DNA from: Vulcanimicrobiota bacterium
GTDB lineage: Bacteria > Vulcanimicrobiota > Vulcanimicrobiia > Vulcanimicrobiales > Vulcanimicrobiaceae
NCBI GenBank assembly: GCA_963695225.1
Contig: OY968762.1
Coordinates: forward strand, 384,001-448,000
Length of the DNA stretch: 64,000 bases
Reading direction: 5' to 3'
This document shows, one piece after another, positions 46,454 to 55,180 of the stretch. How positions within the stretch are numbered: the first letter of the stretch is position 1; the number at the start of each line of letters is the position of its first letter. The notes beneath the pieces were generated by a model, which searched no databases, was not told the DNA's origin, and was given only the letters and a program-made list of their open reading frames with translations. Both the position numbers and the translations under genes were made by a program.

Positions 46454-46893
46454 CGCGCGACCGCTCCGACCGTCGCGCACAGCGCCCCGAACGCCAAATA
46501 TGGGCCGAACGGGAGGGCGTCGCCGCGACGCGCGCGCCGCAGAGCGAGCAACGTGAGGCCAACGCAAGCCCCCGCGACGAAAGCACAGCCGAGCGCGACC
46601 AGCCCGGGCATCACGCCGAGCCCCCCACCGATGCATGCGCCCAACTTGACGTCGCCGAGCCCGAGGCCGCGTCCCCTGGTCCCGGCGTGCAACAGGAACA
46701 GGCTTCCGCCCGCGGCGGCGGCGCCGGCGAGGGCAGTGCCGGCCGCTCCGTGCGATGCGGCGAGCAGAACGATCGCGGCGAAAGCCGGGTAGGTGATGCG
46801 GTTCGGAATCGTGCCGGTGCGAACGTCGCAGAGCGCGCACGCGACGCTGGCGCACAGTGCGAGCGCGGGCCCGAGCAGTGCGGCCGCGTTCAT
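46450..46893 (-). CDS. Prepilin peptidase, A24 family (short form)
   Basis: DVRTGTIPN, GLGDVKL, LPFGPYL; no N-terminal Zn domain. Confidence 0.85.
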   Translation of the reverse strand: MNAAALLGPALALCASVACALCDVRTGTIPNRITYPAFAAIVLLAASHGAAGTALAGAAAAGGSLFLLHAGTRGRGLGLGDVKLGACIGGGLGVMPGLVALGCAFVAGACVGLTLLALRRARRGDALPFGPYLAFGALCATVGAVAR

Positions 46894-47426
46894 GCCCCCA
46901 CCTTGCGTAACGCCAAGGCGGCAGGTTCGAAGGATGGATCGATGTGCAGCGCCGCGTGCCAATAGCGTCGCGCCGCGGCAACGTCGCCGGCGCGAAGTGC
47001 GGCGCGCCCCGCAAAATGCAGCAGGCGCGGATCGCGCTCGAGTTCCGCGGCACGCGCGAAGTCGGCGCGTGCCGCCCCGAATTCGCCCGCGGCCTGCAAG
47101 CAGAGCGCACGGTCCGCGAGCAGTCGCGCGTCCCTGGGGGAACGGCGGAGCGCCTCGTCGGCAACGCGGACCCCCGCAGCCAGCGCCTGCGGCGTACGGA
47201 GTTGGAAAGCGGTGAACGCATACCGATCCGCCGCGACGGGCGAGGTGCGGTCCCACCAGACCGCCCGTTCGTAGTACTTCTCGGCACGGACGGTTTGGCC
47301 GGTTTGCAGGAACGAGTCGCCGCGCGTCACGAGCGCCTCGGCAACTCGGCCGTGAAAGATCGCCGCGCCGAGCGCTATGGCCGTGAAAGCCAGGCCGAAG
47401 CGGCGAGGGAGCGGGATCTCGATCAT
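46890..47426 (-). CDS. Membrane-anchored TPR protein
   Basis: N-terminal TM; TPR-like AEKYYERA, ARADFARAAEL, ARRYWHAALHIDP. Confidence 0.7.
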   Translation of the reverse strand: MIEIPLPRRFGLAFTAIALGAAIFHGRVAEALVTRGDSFLQTGQTVRAEKYYERAVWWDRTSPVAADRYAFTAFQLRTPQALAAGVRVADEALRRSPRDARLLADRALCLQAAGEFGAARADFARAAELERDPRLLHFAGRAALRAGDVAAARRYWHAALHIDPSFEPAALALRKVGA

Positions 47427-48049
47427 GCGAGGCACCAGTAGTACCCCCCGAGCGCGAGCAGAATCGCGTTCCCGACGATCGACGCGGCTTGACCGAGCGC
47501 GAGCGGGCGCAAGCGGAGCGCGAACGAGCGGAGCCCTAGGGCGAGCAGCGCCGGCGGAAGGCCGTGGCCGAGTCCATAGACGGCCAAGAGGAGCGTCGCG
47601 CGCTCCGGGGCGCCGGATGCGGCCGCCCACGTTCCGATTGCGGCGACGAGCGGGGTGCAGCAGGGCGAAAGCGTGAGTGCGGAGGACGCGCCGAGCAGGA
47701 AGATCGCGCCGGGAGACGTCGCGCCTCTAGCCTCGCCCTTGTGCCCCTCGCACGCCGGCCCCCGCGCCCGAATGAGCCCCGCCGTTCCGGCCAGCGTGAA
47801 GGCCAGCGCGAGGAACGCATACGTCCACGAACTGAGCTGGACGAACCGCGCCATGGAGCCGATCGCGTAACCGAGGCCGGCGTATGCGCAGATCGACCCG
47901 CCAAGAAACACGGCGACGATCCGGCGCGCGTGCTTCGGGTCCGTCGCGGCGCATGCGACCGAGGCGGCGAACCGCGTTCCCCAGCACGGCCCCGCGCCGC
48001 CCGAGAGCCCCGCGGCGAAGACGAGCGCGAGGGCGGATGGCGCGTTCAT
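47423..48049 (-). CDS. CcdA/DsbD-beta-like thiol-redox membrane protein
   Basis: About 6 TMs; GPC and SPCCTP motifs; YGLGHGLP. Confidence 0.75.
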   Translation of the reverse strand: MNAPSALALVFAAGLSGGAGPCWGTRFAASVACAATDPKHARRIVAVFLGGSICAYAGLGYAIGSMARFVQLSSWTYAFLALAFTLAGTAGLIRARGPACEGHKGEARGATSPGAIFLLGASSALTLSPCCTPLVAAIGTWAAASGAPERATLLLAVYGLGHGLPPALLALGLRSFALRLRPLALGQAASIVGNAILLALGGYYWCLA

Positions 48050-48507
48050 TTCGCCGTCAGGCCTTGCGTCGAGTCATAGACGATCGAGGTCAAGCCGGGT
48101 CCGTTCCCGGGTATGTTGCTCATCGCGGCCGGATCGTGGCCGCCGGGGCACGTGATCGTGTACCCGGTCCCGTCGGCATTCGGCGCGAACGTGTACGCGC
48201 CGTTCGCGTTCGCAGGATCGACCGGTTTCTGCGTGAGGTATCTGCCGGGCGCGGCCTTCGATCCGAAGCTTCGGTCGACGACGCCCGCCTCCGGGTATTT
48301 CAGCGAATCGGTGTACGCGAGTTCGGCGGCCGTCGCGATCGAACGCAAATTCGCTTGGCACGCGGAGACCGCCGCTTGGGCCCGGGCGTGGAAGAAGTTC
48401 GGGACGAGAATGCCGGCGATGATCGCGATGATGGCGACGACGATCATCAGTTCGAGAAGCGTGAAACCGGCTTCGTTGGAAGGGCGGCGTCGCTCGGCGT
48501 CGCTCAT
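48046..48507 (-). CDS. Type IV pilin/pseudopilin
   Basis: Leader MSDAERRRPSNEAG|FTLLELMIVVAII (G-1, F1, E5); two Cys (CQANL, TCPGGH). Confidence 0.9.
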   Translation of the reverse strand: MSDAERRRPSNEAGFTLLELMIVVAIIAIIAGILVPNFFHARAQAAVSACQANLRSIATAAELAYTDSLKYPEAGVVDRSFGSKAAPGRYLTQKPVDPANANGAYTFAPNADGTGYTITCPGGHDPAAMSNIPGNGPGLTSIVYDSTQGLTAK

Positions 48508-48542
48508 CGGAATCTCCGCGAAAGGGAATGCGCCGTGAAAAC

Positions 48543-49229
48543 TTAGGCCACGCCGGCGACGTGCGCGCGCATGCGTGAAAGGGCTCGCTGTTGGAGACGC
48601 GAGATCTGTCGCGTCGAAAGGCCCAGGTGTGCCGCGATCTCGGCCTGCGTCAACTCGAAGACGTAATGCGAAACGACGATGAAGCGCTCCGTCGGCGTGA
48701 GCACGGAGAGCGCTTGCTCGACGACGAGGCGATCCGCCACGCCCAAGTCGGCACGCCCAGCGAGCGCGCCGGCGTCGTACGGCTCGCGGAATGCGGCGTG
48801 CTCGATGCTCGCCGGGTTCGAAGCCCAACGGGCGAGCCGCGCCGCGCTGACGACTGCGGCCGGAGCTCCGATCGCGCGCGCGATCTCGTCGTCGCTCGGC
48901 ACGCGACCCGATTGTGCGGCGAGCCGTTCGAATGCCTCGGCGCAATGGTGCTCGAGCTTTCGGATGCTGCGCGGGATGCGCACGAGGTGCTCGTGGTCGC
49001 GAACGTAGTGCATGAGTTCGCCGACGATGAGAATCCAGGCGTACGCCTCGAACGGCGTCTTCGACGTGCGCTCGTAACGCCGGCTCGCTTTGAGCAGGCC
49101 GATCGCGGCTACTTGTTCGAGATCGGAGCGCTCGAGGCCCGAGCGCAGAAACTTCCGCGCTCCGCGTCGGCACAGATAGTGGTAGCTCGAGACCCAGGAG
49201 TCGGTTTGGCCGAAATCATGCGCTATCAA
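48543..49229 (-). CDS. Group 3 sigma70-family factor (SigB/F/G-like)
   Basis: DLEQVAAIGLLKASRRY, FEAYA..IVGELMHYVRD..VRIPR, TQAEIAAHLGLSTRQISRL; TTG start overlapping pilC stop. Confidence 0.88.
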   Translation of the reverse strand: MIAHDFGQTDSWVSSYHYLCRRGARKFLRSGLERSDLEQVAAIGLLKASRRYERTSKTPFEAYAWILIVGELMHYVRDHEHLVRIPRSIRKLEHHCAEAFERLAAQSGRVPSDDEIARAIGAPAAVVSAARLARWASNPASIEHAAFREPYDAGALAGRADLGVADRLVVEQALSVLTPTERFIVVSHYVFELTQAEIAAHLGLSTRQISRLQQRALSRMRAHVAGVA

Positions 49230-50443
49230 TGGATTTGCCCGATCGCACCGTAGAGAGGGATAAAGATGGCTGCTGCAATCGTCCCGACGAACGCGCCGAT
49301 GACGACGATCGAGATTGGTTCGAGCGTTGCGCCGAGCGTCGCGAGGCCGGCATCGGTATCGACGTCGTAGTACTCGGCAATCTTCAGGAACATCGCGTCG
49401 AGCGTTCCGCTCTCTTCCCCGACGCGTACGAGTCCGACGGTGAATGGATCGAACAGGCCGCACGCCTGCATCCGATGCGCGACCGTCTCGCCGTCCCGCA
49501 GCGACGCGCGCACGTCGAGGAGCGCTCGTTCGTAGAGTCGGCTCCCGCTGACCGGTGCTGCGATTTCGAACGCGCGCAGAATGTCGACGCCCGAGCGAAG
49601 GAGCGCGCCGAGCATGCGCGCGATGCGCGCGACGACGGCTCCGCGCCGGAGCGGACCGACGATCGGCAAGCGCAGGAGCAGCCGTTCGAAGGCGGGTTCC
49701 CGGAGCCGTCCGGCGTAGCGGAACGCGCCCAACGCGACGAGCGCCGCGACGCCTGCGGCGGCGGGCGGGACGAGCGGGTTCGCCAGGAACTGCCCGGCCG
49801 CGATCAATAGGCGCGTCGGAGCCGGGAGATCGACGCCGAGTTGGGCGAACAACGCGCTGAACGTGGGGACGACCGTTCCGACGAGAAACAGCACGAGCCC
49901 GAAGGCCGCGGCTAGGACGATCGCCGGGTAGGCGAACGCGGCCGTCATCTTCTTGCGCACCGCTCGCTCGCGTTCGAGCAATGTGGAGAGCCGCTCCAGC
50001 ACCGCATCCAACATGCCGCCGGTCTCGCCCGCTTCGATCATCGCGACGTGCAGCGCCGCGAAGTCGCGCGGCCTCGTGCGCATCGCGGCGGCGAGCGAGC
50101 GCCCCGCCTCGACCTCGGCGTTCACGGCGCGCAAGGCTTCCGCGAGCCTCCGGTCCGCGCACTGCTCGATCGCGATTCCGAGCGCGCGCTGGATCGGCAT
50201 CCCCGCTTGCAACAGCGTCGCGAACGAGCGGAAGAAGGCGGCGACCGGTTCGCGGTTCGCGGCGCCCGCGGCGAACCGCTCCGTCCGCGCGCGCAGGGAG
50301 TTCGCTTCGCCGATCCAGGTGACGAAGAGCGCGCGCGCGCGGAGGTGCGCCACGACGGCGTCGCGCGAATCGGCGGACATGGCGCCCGCGACCGCTCCCC
50401 CCTCGACGTTTCGCGCGCGATAGTGATACGTGCCGGCGCTCAT
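49226..50443 (-). CDS. pilC: Type IV pilus platform protein PilC/GspF
   Basis: AGETGGMLD, AFAYP, VGEESGTLD, LEP. Confidence 0.9.
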   Translation of the reverse strand: MSAGTYHYRARNVEGGAVAGAMSADSRDAVVAHLRARALFVTWIGEANSLRARTERFAAGAANREPVAAFFRSFATLLQAGMPIQRALGIAIEQCADRRLAEALRAVNAEVEAGRSLAAAMRTRPRDFAALHVAMIEAGETGGMLDAVLERLSTLLERERAVRKKMTAAFAYPAIVLAAAFGLVLFLVGTVVPTFSALFAQLGVDLPAPTRLLIAAGQFLANPLVPPAAAGVAALVALGAFRYAGRLREPAFERLLLRLPIVGPLRRGAVVARIARMLGALLRSGVDILRAFEIAAPVSGSRLYERALLDVRASLRDGETVAHRMQACGLFDPFTVGLVRVGEESGTLDAMFLKIAEYYDVDTDAGLATLGATLEPISIVVIGAFVGTIAAAIFIPLYGAIGQIH

Positions 50444-51522
50444 GCGGTGACTCCGGCTAACGTTCGGATGTCGTCTGGACGCATGGCGCTCGCGCGCGCG
50501 GTCTCGAGCGCGATCTCGCCGCGCACGACGAGCTCCGTGAGGTGGGCTTCGAGCGTCTGCATGCCGGCATTGCGGCCGGTGACGATCGCATTGCGAAGCT
50601 GGTGCGTCCTGCCCTCGCGGATCAACGAGCGGACGGCGTCGTTCGCGAGGAGGATCTCGACGGCGGCCCGGCGTCCGCCGAGCTCCCGCGGGAGCAGGCG
50701 CAGCGACGCGATGCCGACGAGCGCTTGCGCGAGGACGTTGCGCGCTTCGTGTTGCGCGGCGGGCTCGAACGCGTCGATGATGCGGTCGACGCTCGATGAG
50801 GCATCTCCGGTGTGCAGCGTCGAGAGCACGAGATGCCCCGTTTCGGCGGCGCCGAGGGCGGCGCGGATCACGGCGGCGTCGCGCAGTTCGCCGATCGCGA
50901 TCACGTCCGGGTTCGCGCGCAACGCGCTGCGAATCGCGCTCGGGTAGTCGAAGAAGTCGCGTCCGAGCTCGCGGTGGGCGATCGAGGAGCGCACGGCTCT
51001 ATGCCGGTATTCGACGGGATCCTCGAGCGTCACGATGTGCCGGGCGGCGGTCCGGTTGATGCGGTCGATCAACGCCGCAAGCGCCGTGCTCTTCCCGCTT
51101 CCGGTCGGGCCGACGAACAGCGCGAGCCCGGCGCGCCGCTCGGCGAACGTTTGGAGCATGAGCGGGAGCCCGAGGCCTTCGAGTGTGGGGATCTCCCGGC
51201 TGAGCGCGCGGAGCGCGAGCCGCACGCGCCCCCCGGCCCGGAACGCGTGGACGCGGAACGTGCCGAGTTCGTCGTCGTGGATGACGCCGTCGGCGTCGCC
51301 GAGAGCGCGCAGGCGTTCGATGTCCGTTTCGCCGAGCAGAGCCGCCGCAATGCACTCGAGCTCGCCGTCGTCGAGCGCCGGGGAGTCGAGCCGCAACAGT
51401 GTGCCGTCGATTCGGAGCGCCGGAGGCTCGCCGCCCGCGAGGTGCAGGTCGGAAGCCTCCCGCGCGCGCGCCGCGCGCATCAAGTCGCGCAGCCGGATCT
51501 CCGAAAGCGCCGCATTCACCAT
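50440..51522 (-). CDS. pilT: Retraction ATPase PilT
   Basis: ASDLHL, GPTGSGKST, TLEDPVEY, AAETGHLVLSTLHT, AVRSLIRE. Confidence 0.9.
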   Translation of the reverse strand: MVNAALSEIRLRDLMRAARAREASDLHLAGGEPPALRIDGTLLRLDSPALDDGELECIAAALLGETDIERLRALGDADGVIHDDELGTFRVHAFRAGGRVRLALRALSREIPTLEGLGLPLMLQTFAERRAGLALFVGPTGSGKSTALAALIDRINRTAARHIVTLEDPVEYRHRAVRSSIAHRELGRDFFDYPSAIRSALRANPDVIAIGELRDAAVIRAALGAAETGHLVLSTLHTGDASSSVDRIIDAFEPAAQHEARNVLAQALVGIASLRLLPRELGGRRAAVEILLANDAVRSLIREGRTHQLRNAIVTGRNAGMQTLEAHLTELVVRGEIALETARASAMRPDDIRTLAGVTA

Positions 51523-52994
51523 GCGAACGACTCCACCGGAGCGACGCGCGCCAGCTCGGAGAGCGAGGTGAGGCCCTCGCGGCATTTCGCCACGGCGTCA
51601 TCCGCCATCGGACGGTACCCTTGCTTGCGCGCGAGGTGCGAGATCGTCACGCTCGATGCTCCGCCGGCGACGGCGTCGCGAAGCGTCTCGTCGATCGCAA
51701 AGAACTCGAAGATCCCGGTGCGTCCGGCGTAGCCCGTCCCGGCGCAGCGCTCGCAACCGCGTGCATCGAAGTAGATGCGCTCGCGCTCGGCACGGAGGCA
51801 GAGCGCCGTCTGGGCGTCGAGCGCGACGGGCTCCTTGCACGCCGGGCACAAACGGCGGATGAGGCGTTGCGCCAGCACCGCGCTCAAGCCGGCGGCGAGC
51901 GCGGCGCGGCCGAGGCCCAGCTCCTCGAGCCGGTCGATCGCGCGCGGCGCGTCGGCGCTGTGCAACGTCGCGAGGACCATTCTCCCGCTCAAGGCCGCGT
52001 GCAGTGCCGTCTTCGCCGTCTCGGCGTCGCGCATTTCGCCGACCATGATCACGTCGGGATCCTGCCGCAGCATCGCGCGCAGGATCGAGGAAAACGACGC
52101 GCCGGCTTTCGCGTTGACCTGCACTTGCGTCGCGCCGGCGATCGTCTGCTCGACCGGGTCTTCCACCGTGCAAATGTTCCGCGAGGCCGCATCGAGATGC
52201 GCGAGCGAGGCATAGAGGCTCGTCGTCTTCCCGCTCCCGGTCGGTCCGCACACGACGATGAATCCGGCCGGACGCGAGACGGCCTCGCAGAAGCGGGTCA
52301 CGAGCTCCCCCGAGAATCCAAGCTCGTCGAGGGCCGGAAGGCGCGCGTGCCGATCGAGCAAGCGAACGACGAGCTTTTCGCCTTCGATGGCGGGCATCGA
52401 GGAGACGCGCGCGTCGATCGTGTGGCCGGCGATGGTGACGCTGTATCGGCCGTCCTGCGGCCGGCGGCGCTCGGCGATGTCCATGCCGGCGAGAACCTTG
52501 ATGCGCGAAACGATCGCGCTCGAGAGCGGACTCTCCAGCCTATCGATCTCGCGCAAGACGCCGTCGATGCGAAACCGGATTCGCGCACCGTTGCACTGCG
52601 GCTCGATGTGGATGTCGGAGCTGCGCAGCACGAACGCCCGGTCGTGCAGATCGTCGACGGCGCGCACTGCAGGGGCGTCGCCCGGCGCGCTACGCGGCGC
52701 AGGCTCCTGCGCGTGCGTCCCCCAAACGCGGCCGAGCGCGAGTGCGATGCGATCGGGTCGCGCGCGCAGCGGAACGACCCGCAGTGCGGTCGAGCGTTCG
52801 ATGCGCGCGAGCGCGATTTCGCTCGGCGCCGCGCCGAACGCGACCAACAAGCGATCGCCGTCGCACCGCACTGCGAGCGCGCCGAACTCTTGCGCGATGC
52901 CTTGCGGAATCATGCGCGCAATCGAGGGCGCGACGTCCGATAGATCGACGACGTCCGCAAGAGGAGTGAGATCCGACGATTTCAGCGCGTTCAT
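51516..52994 (-). CDS. pilB: Assembly ATPase PilB/GspE
   Basis: SDIHIEP, DIAERRRPQDG, GPTGSGKTT, LRQDPDVIMVGE, CPAC/CERC. Confidence 0.9.
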   Translation of the reverse strand: MNALKSSDLTPLADVVDLSDVAPSIARMIPQGIAQEFGALAVRCDGDRLLVAFGAAPSEIALARIERSTALRVVPLRARPDRIALALGRVWGTHAQEPAPRSAPGDAPAVRAVDDLHDRAFVLRSSDIHIEPQCNGARIRFRIDGVLREIDRLESPLSSAIVSRIKVLAGMDIAERRRPQDGRYSVTIAGHTIDARVSSMPAIEGEKLVVRLLDRHARLPALDELGFSGELVTRFCEAVSRPAGFIVVCGPTGSGKTTSLYASLAHLDAASRNICTVEDPVEQTIAGATQVQVNAKAGASFSSILRAMLRQDPDVIMVGEMRDAETAKTALHAALSGRMVLATLHSADAPRAIDRLEELGLGRAALAAGLSAVLAQRLIRRLCPACKEPVALDAQTALCLRAERERIYFDARGCERCAGTGYAGRTGIFEFFAIDETLRDAVAGGASSVTISHLARKQGYRPMADDAVAKCREGLTSLSELARVAPVESFAW

Positions 52995-53143
52995 GCCTCG
53001 ACCACGTGAGGATCATGCGTGTTGAATGTTGCCGCGTTTGGAACGCGGTGTTGCGATGGCGTTGCGGCTGTCGGACCGTACGCGCTTGTTGGAACAAAGC
53101 GATTTCGAGTTCCTGCAACTTTACTGAGGCATTACGGCCCAAT

Positions 53144-53161
53144 CGAACGTGTCGGACAACT
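53144..53161. promoter_or_regulatory. Candidate operator, copy 1
   Basis: cgaacgtgtcggacaact; 17/18 identical to 54431-54448. Confidence 0.55.
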
Positions 53162-53237
53162 TGCCGCAGCCGATGCAGTGAAATAGCGAACGCGCCGGTT
53201 AGGCGCGCCGAAGATTTTCTGCGTCAGTCGCCGGACG

Positions 53238-54236
53238 TTATGTCAGCAGGTCGCTTCCCGTGTAGCGGCGCGCGCTCGCCTTCAACTCGAGCAAGATCGC
53301 GCGCTTCGGCTTTGCCCATTCGGGTTCGTCGGCGTACATGATGACGCCGGAAGGGCTTCTCCAAAACGCAAAGCGCTCGTCGAAAACGACGAGACTATCG
53401 AAGCCTTTGAGCGCGCGGCGGCTATCGGCGAAGTCCTGACGGCTACCGGGTATGACCCACAGCTCGGTCTTGCGCGAGGGATCGTCGAGGAGCTCCGCGA
53501 GGTTCTGCAAGCAACCGCGCATCGTCTGCGGATCGACCCTGACGTACTCGCGAGTGCACGCCGCGATGCGCGCGAGATCGTCTTCGAAGATCAGATGCTT
53601 GAACGTCCACGTGCGGCGGCCGCGACCGGCTTTGAAGTGCCGGATCGATTCCGCACCGATCTTGTCGTAAACCTCGCGAACTTTGGCGGCAACGGCCTTC
53701 GGCGCGCAGATCGCTTCCGCCGAAAAGATCTCCGCGTGATGGAGCTTCATGAACCGCTCGGTTTCGAGACTGCACGGAAGGCACTCGCCCCACCCCAACA
53801 GCTCCCCTTCGGTTTTCGCGGCCTCGTCTTTGAGAATGTCTTGAAAGCCGAGCGTGTGCTCCGCGCCCGACGTTGGATCGAGCGTCTGCAGGCCGGATGA
53901 GCCCAGCAAGTTTGCCACCGTCGTTTCGAGGATCATTGCAAAAAGAAAGAGTTCCGGAAGGGACATCTGCTTGGGTGCGCTTGGGTTGTCGTTGAGCAGC
54001 CTGCTGAGCTTCGTTTCATCCCAATCGCGGAGCGCTCTGAGCCGCTCGGGCGATGTTAGGTCGGCCACCTCCATTCTCAGCTTGGCGTAGCGTGAAAGGA
54101 TGTCGTTGTAAGAACGACCAGATCGTTCGATCCCAGCACGCATCCGCCGGCCGACGACTTTCGCGACGATCCATGTGTGCCACGCTTCGCTCTCGGCGGC
54201 AAGGTGACGCACACTTAAACGAGTACCGGCATCCAC
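53238..54236 (-). CDS. Putative XRE-HTH regulator with DUF5753-like C-terminal domain
   Basis: GTG after GAAGGGAG; DETKLSRLLN..SLPELFLFAMILE; LPCSLET, IFEDDL, MRGCLQNL..ELWVIP. Confidence 0.55.
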   Translation of the reverse strand: MDAGTRLSVRHLAAESEAWHTWIVAKVVGRRMRAGIERSGRSYNDILSRYAKLRMEVADLTSPERLRALRDWDETKLSRLLNDNPSAPKQMSLPELFLFAMILETTVANLLGSSGLQTLDPTSGAEHTLGFQDILKDEAAKTEGELLGWGECLPCSLETERFMKLHHAEIFSAEAICAPKAVAAKVREVYDKIGAESIRHFKAGRGRRTWTFKHLIFEDDLARIAACTREYVRVDPQTMRGCLQNLAELLDDPSRKTELWVIPGSRQDFADSRRALKGFDSLVVFDERFAFWRSPSGVIMYADEPEWAKPKRAILLELKASARRYTGSDLLT

Positions 54237-54430
54237 GGTCCGACTCCCTTCGATCCCGTCCTCGTGGGATTGAGTATAGGGAAGACCCCCTCTTGCGAAG
54301 TTGCAGATTTCTGCAATTTGTGATTCGCGTGCCATGCGGCAAAGCCCCGTGGAACAGGCGTTCCCGCGCGTCTTCCACGATTTCCGGTAGGCCGTTTGGT
54401 CCGACCGCCGGCACGTATGGGCAATCGCCG

Positions 54431-54448
54431 CGAACTTGTCGGACAACT
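54431..54448. promoter_or_regulatory. Candidate operator, copy 2
   Basis: cgaacttgtcggacaact, with palindromic core TTGTC-G-GACAA. Confidence 0.55.
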
Positions 54449-54490
54449 CTGGACGGCGCACATCGCGCGCGCCCGGGAATTGCGATTGTC

Positions 54491-55180
54491 ATGGCGACCG
54501 CACGAGTGCTCATCGCGGAGGATGACGCGTCGATTCGCGCTCTCATCGTGCATCACTTGAAGCGCGAAGGCCTCGTCGCGCTCGAGGCCGCCGACGGCGC
54601 GTCCGCGCTGCGGAGCGCGCGGAGCGGCGTCGAGGCGGTGATCTTGGACATCGGCCTGCCGGGGATCGACGGCTTGGAGGTGCTCCGCGCGCTCCGCCGG
54701 GAGGGACGAAACGTCCCCGTGCTGTTGCTGACAGCGCGGTGCGATGAAGTAGATCGGATTATCGGTTTCGAACTCGGCGCGGACGACTACATCGTCAAAC
54801 CGTTCTTCGCGCGCGAAGTGCTGGCGCGCGTTCGTTCGATTCTCCGGCGCGCCGGAACGCAGACGGATTCGGGGCCGTCGCGGCTTCGGTTCGGCCGTTT
54901 GGAGATCGACGAAGCGGCGCGGGAGGCGCGCGCCGACGGGATAGACCTCGGCCTGAAGCCGCGCGAGTTCGCGCTGCTGCTCGCGCTCGCGCAGCAGCCC
55001 GGCGTCGCGTTTTCGCGCGAAGCTCTCTTGCAGCGCGTTTGGGGCTTCGATTTCGACGGAGACGAGCGGACGGTCGACGTCCACGTGCGGCGCCTGCGGA
55101 TGCGCATCGAAGAGCAAGGCCGCGTCGGCCGCTGCCTCCATACGGTTCACGGCTATGGATACAAGTTCAGTCCGACCTGA
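54491..55180 (+). CDS. OmpR/PhoB family response regulator
   Basis: VLIAEDD, ILDIGLP, GADDYIVKPF, RTVDVHVRRLR, TVHGYGY. Confidence 0.93.
   Translation: MATARVLIAEDDASIRALIVHHLKREGLVALEAADGASALRSARSGVEAVILDIGLPGIDGLEVLRALRREGRNVPVLLLTARCDEVDRIIGFELGADDYIVKPFFAREVLARVRSILRRAGTQTDSGPSRLRFGRLEIDEAAREARADGIDLGLKPREFALLLALAQQPGVAFSREALLQRVWGFDFDGDERTVDVHVRRLRMRIEEQGRVGRCLHTVHGYGYKFSPT

Noticed and set aside
48543..50162. 539-aa version of the sigma factor, and other long N-terminal extensions in the ORF track (trpC, trpD, pilM, pilN, pilin, response regulator)
   Set aside because: The extensions overlap upstream genes in other frames; starts were reassigned to coupled or SD-supported codons.
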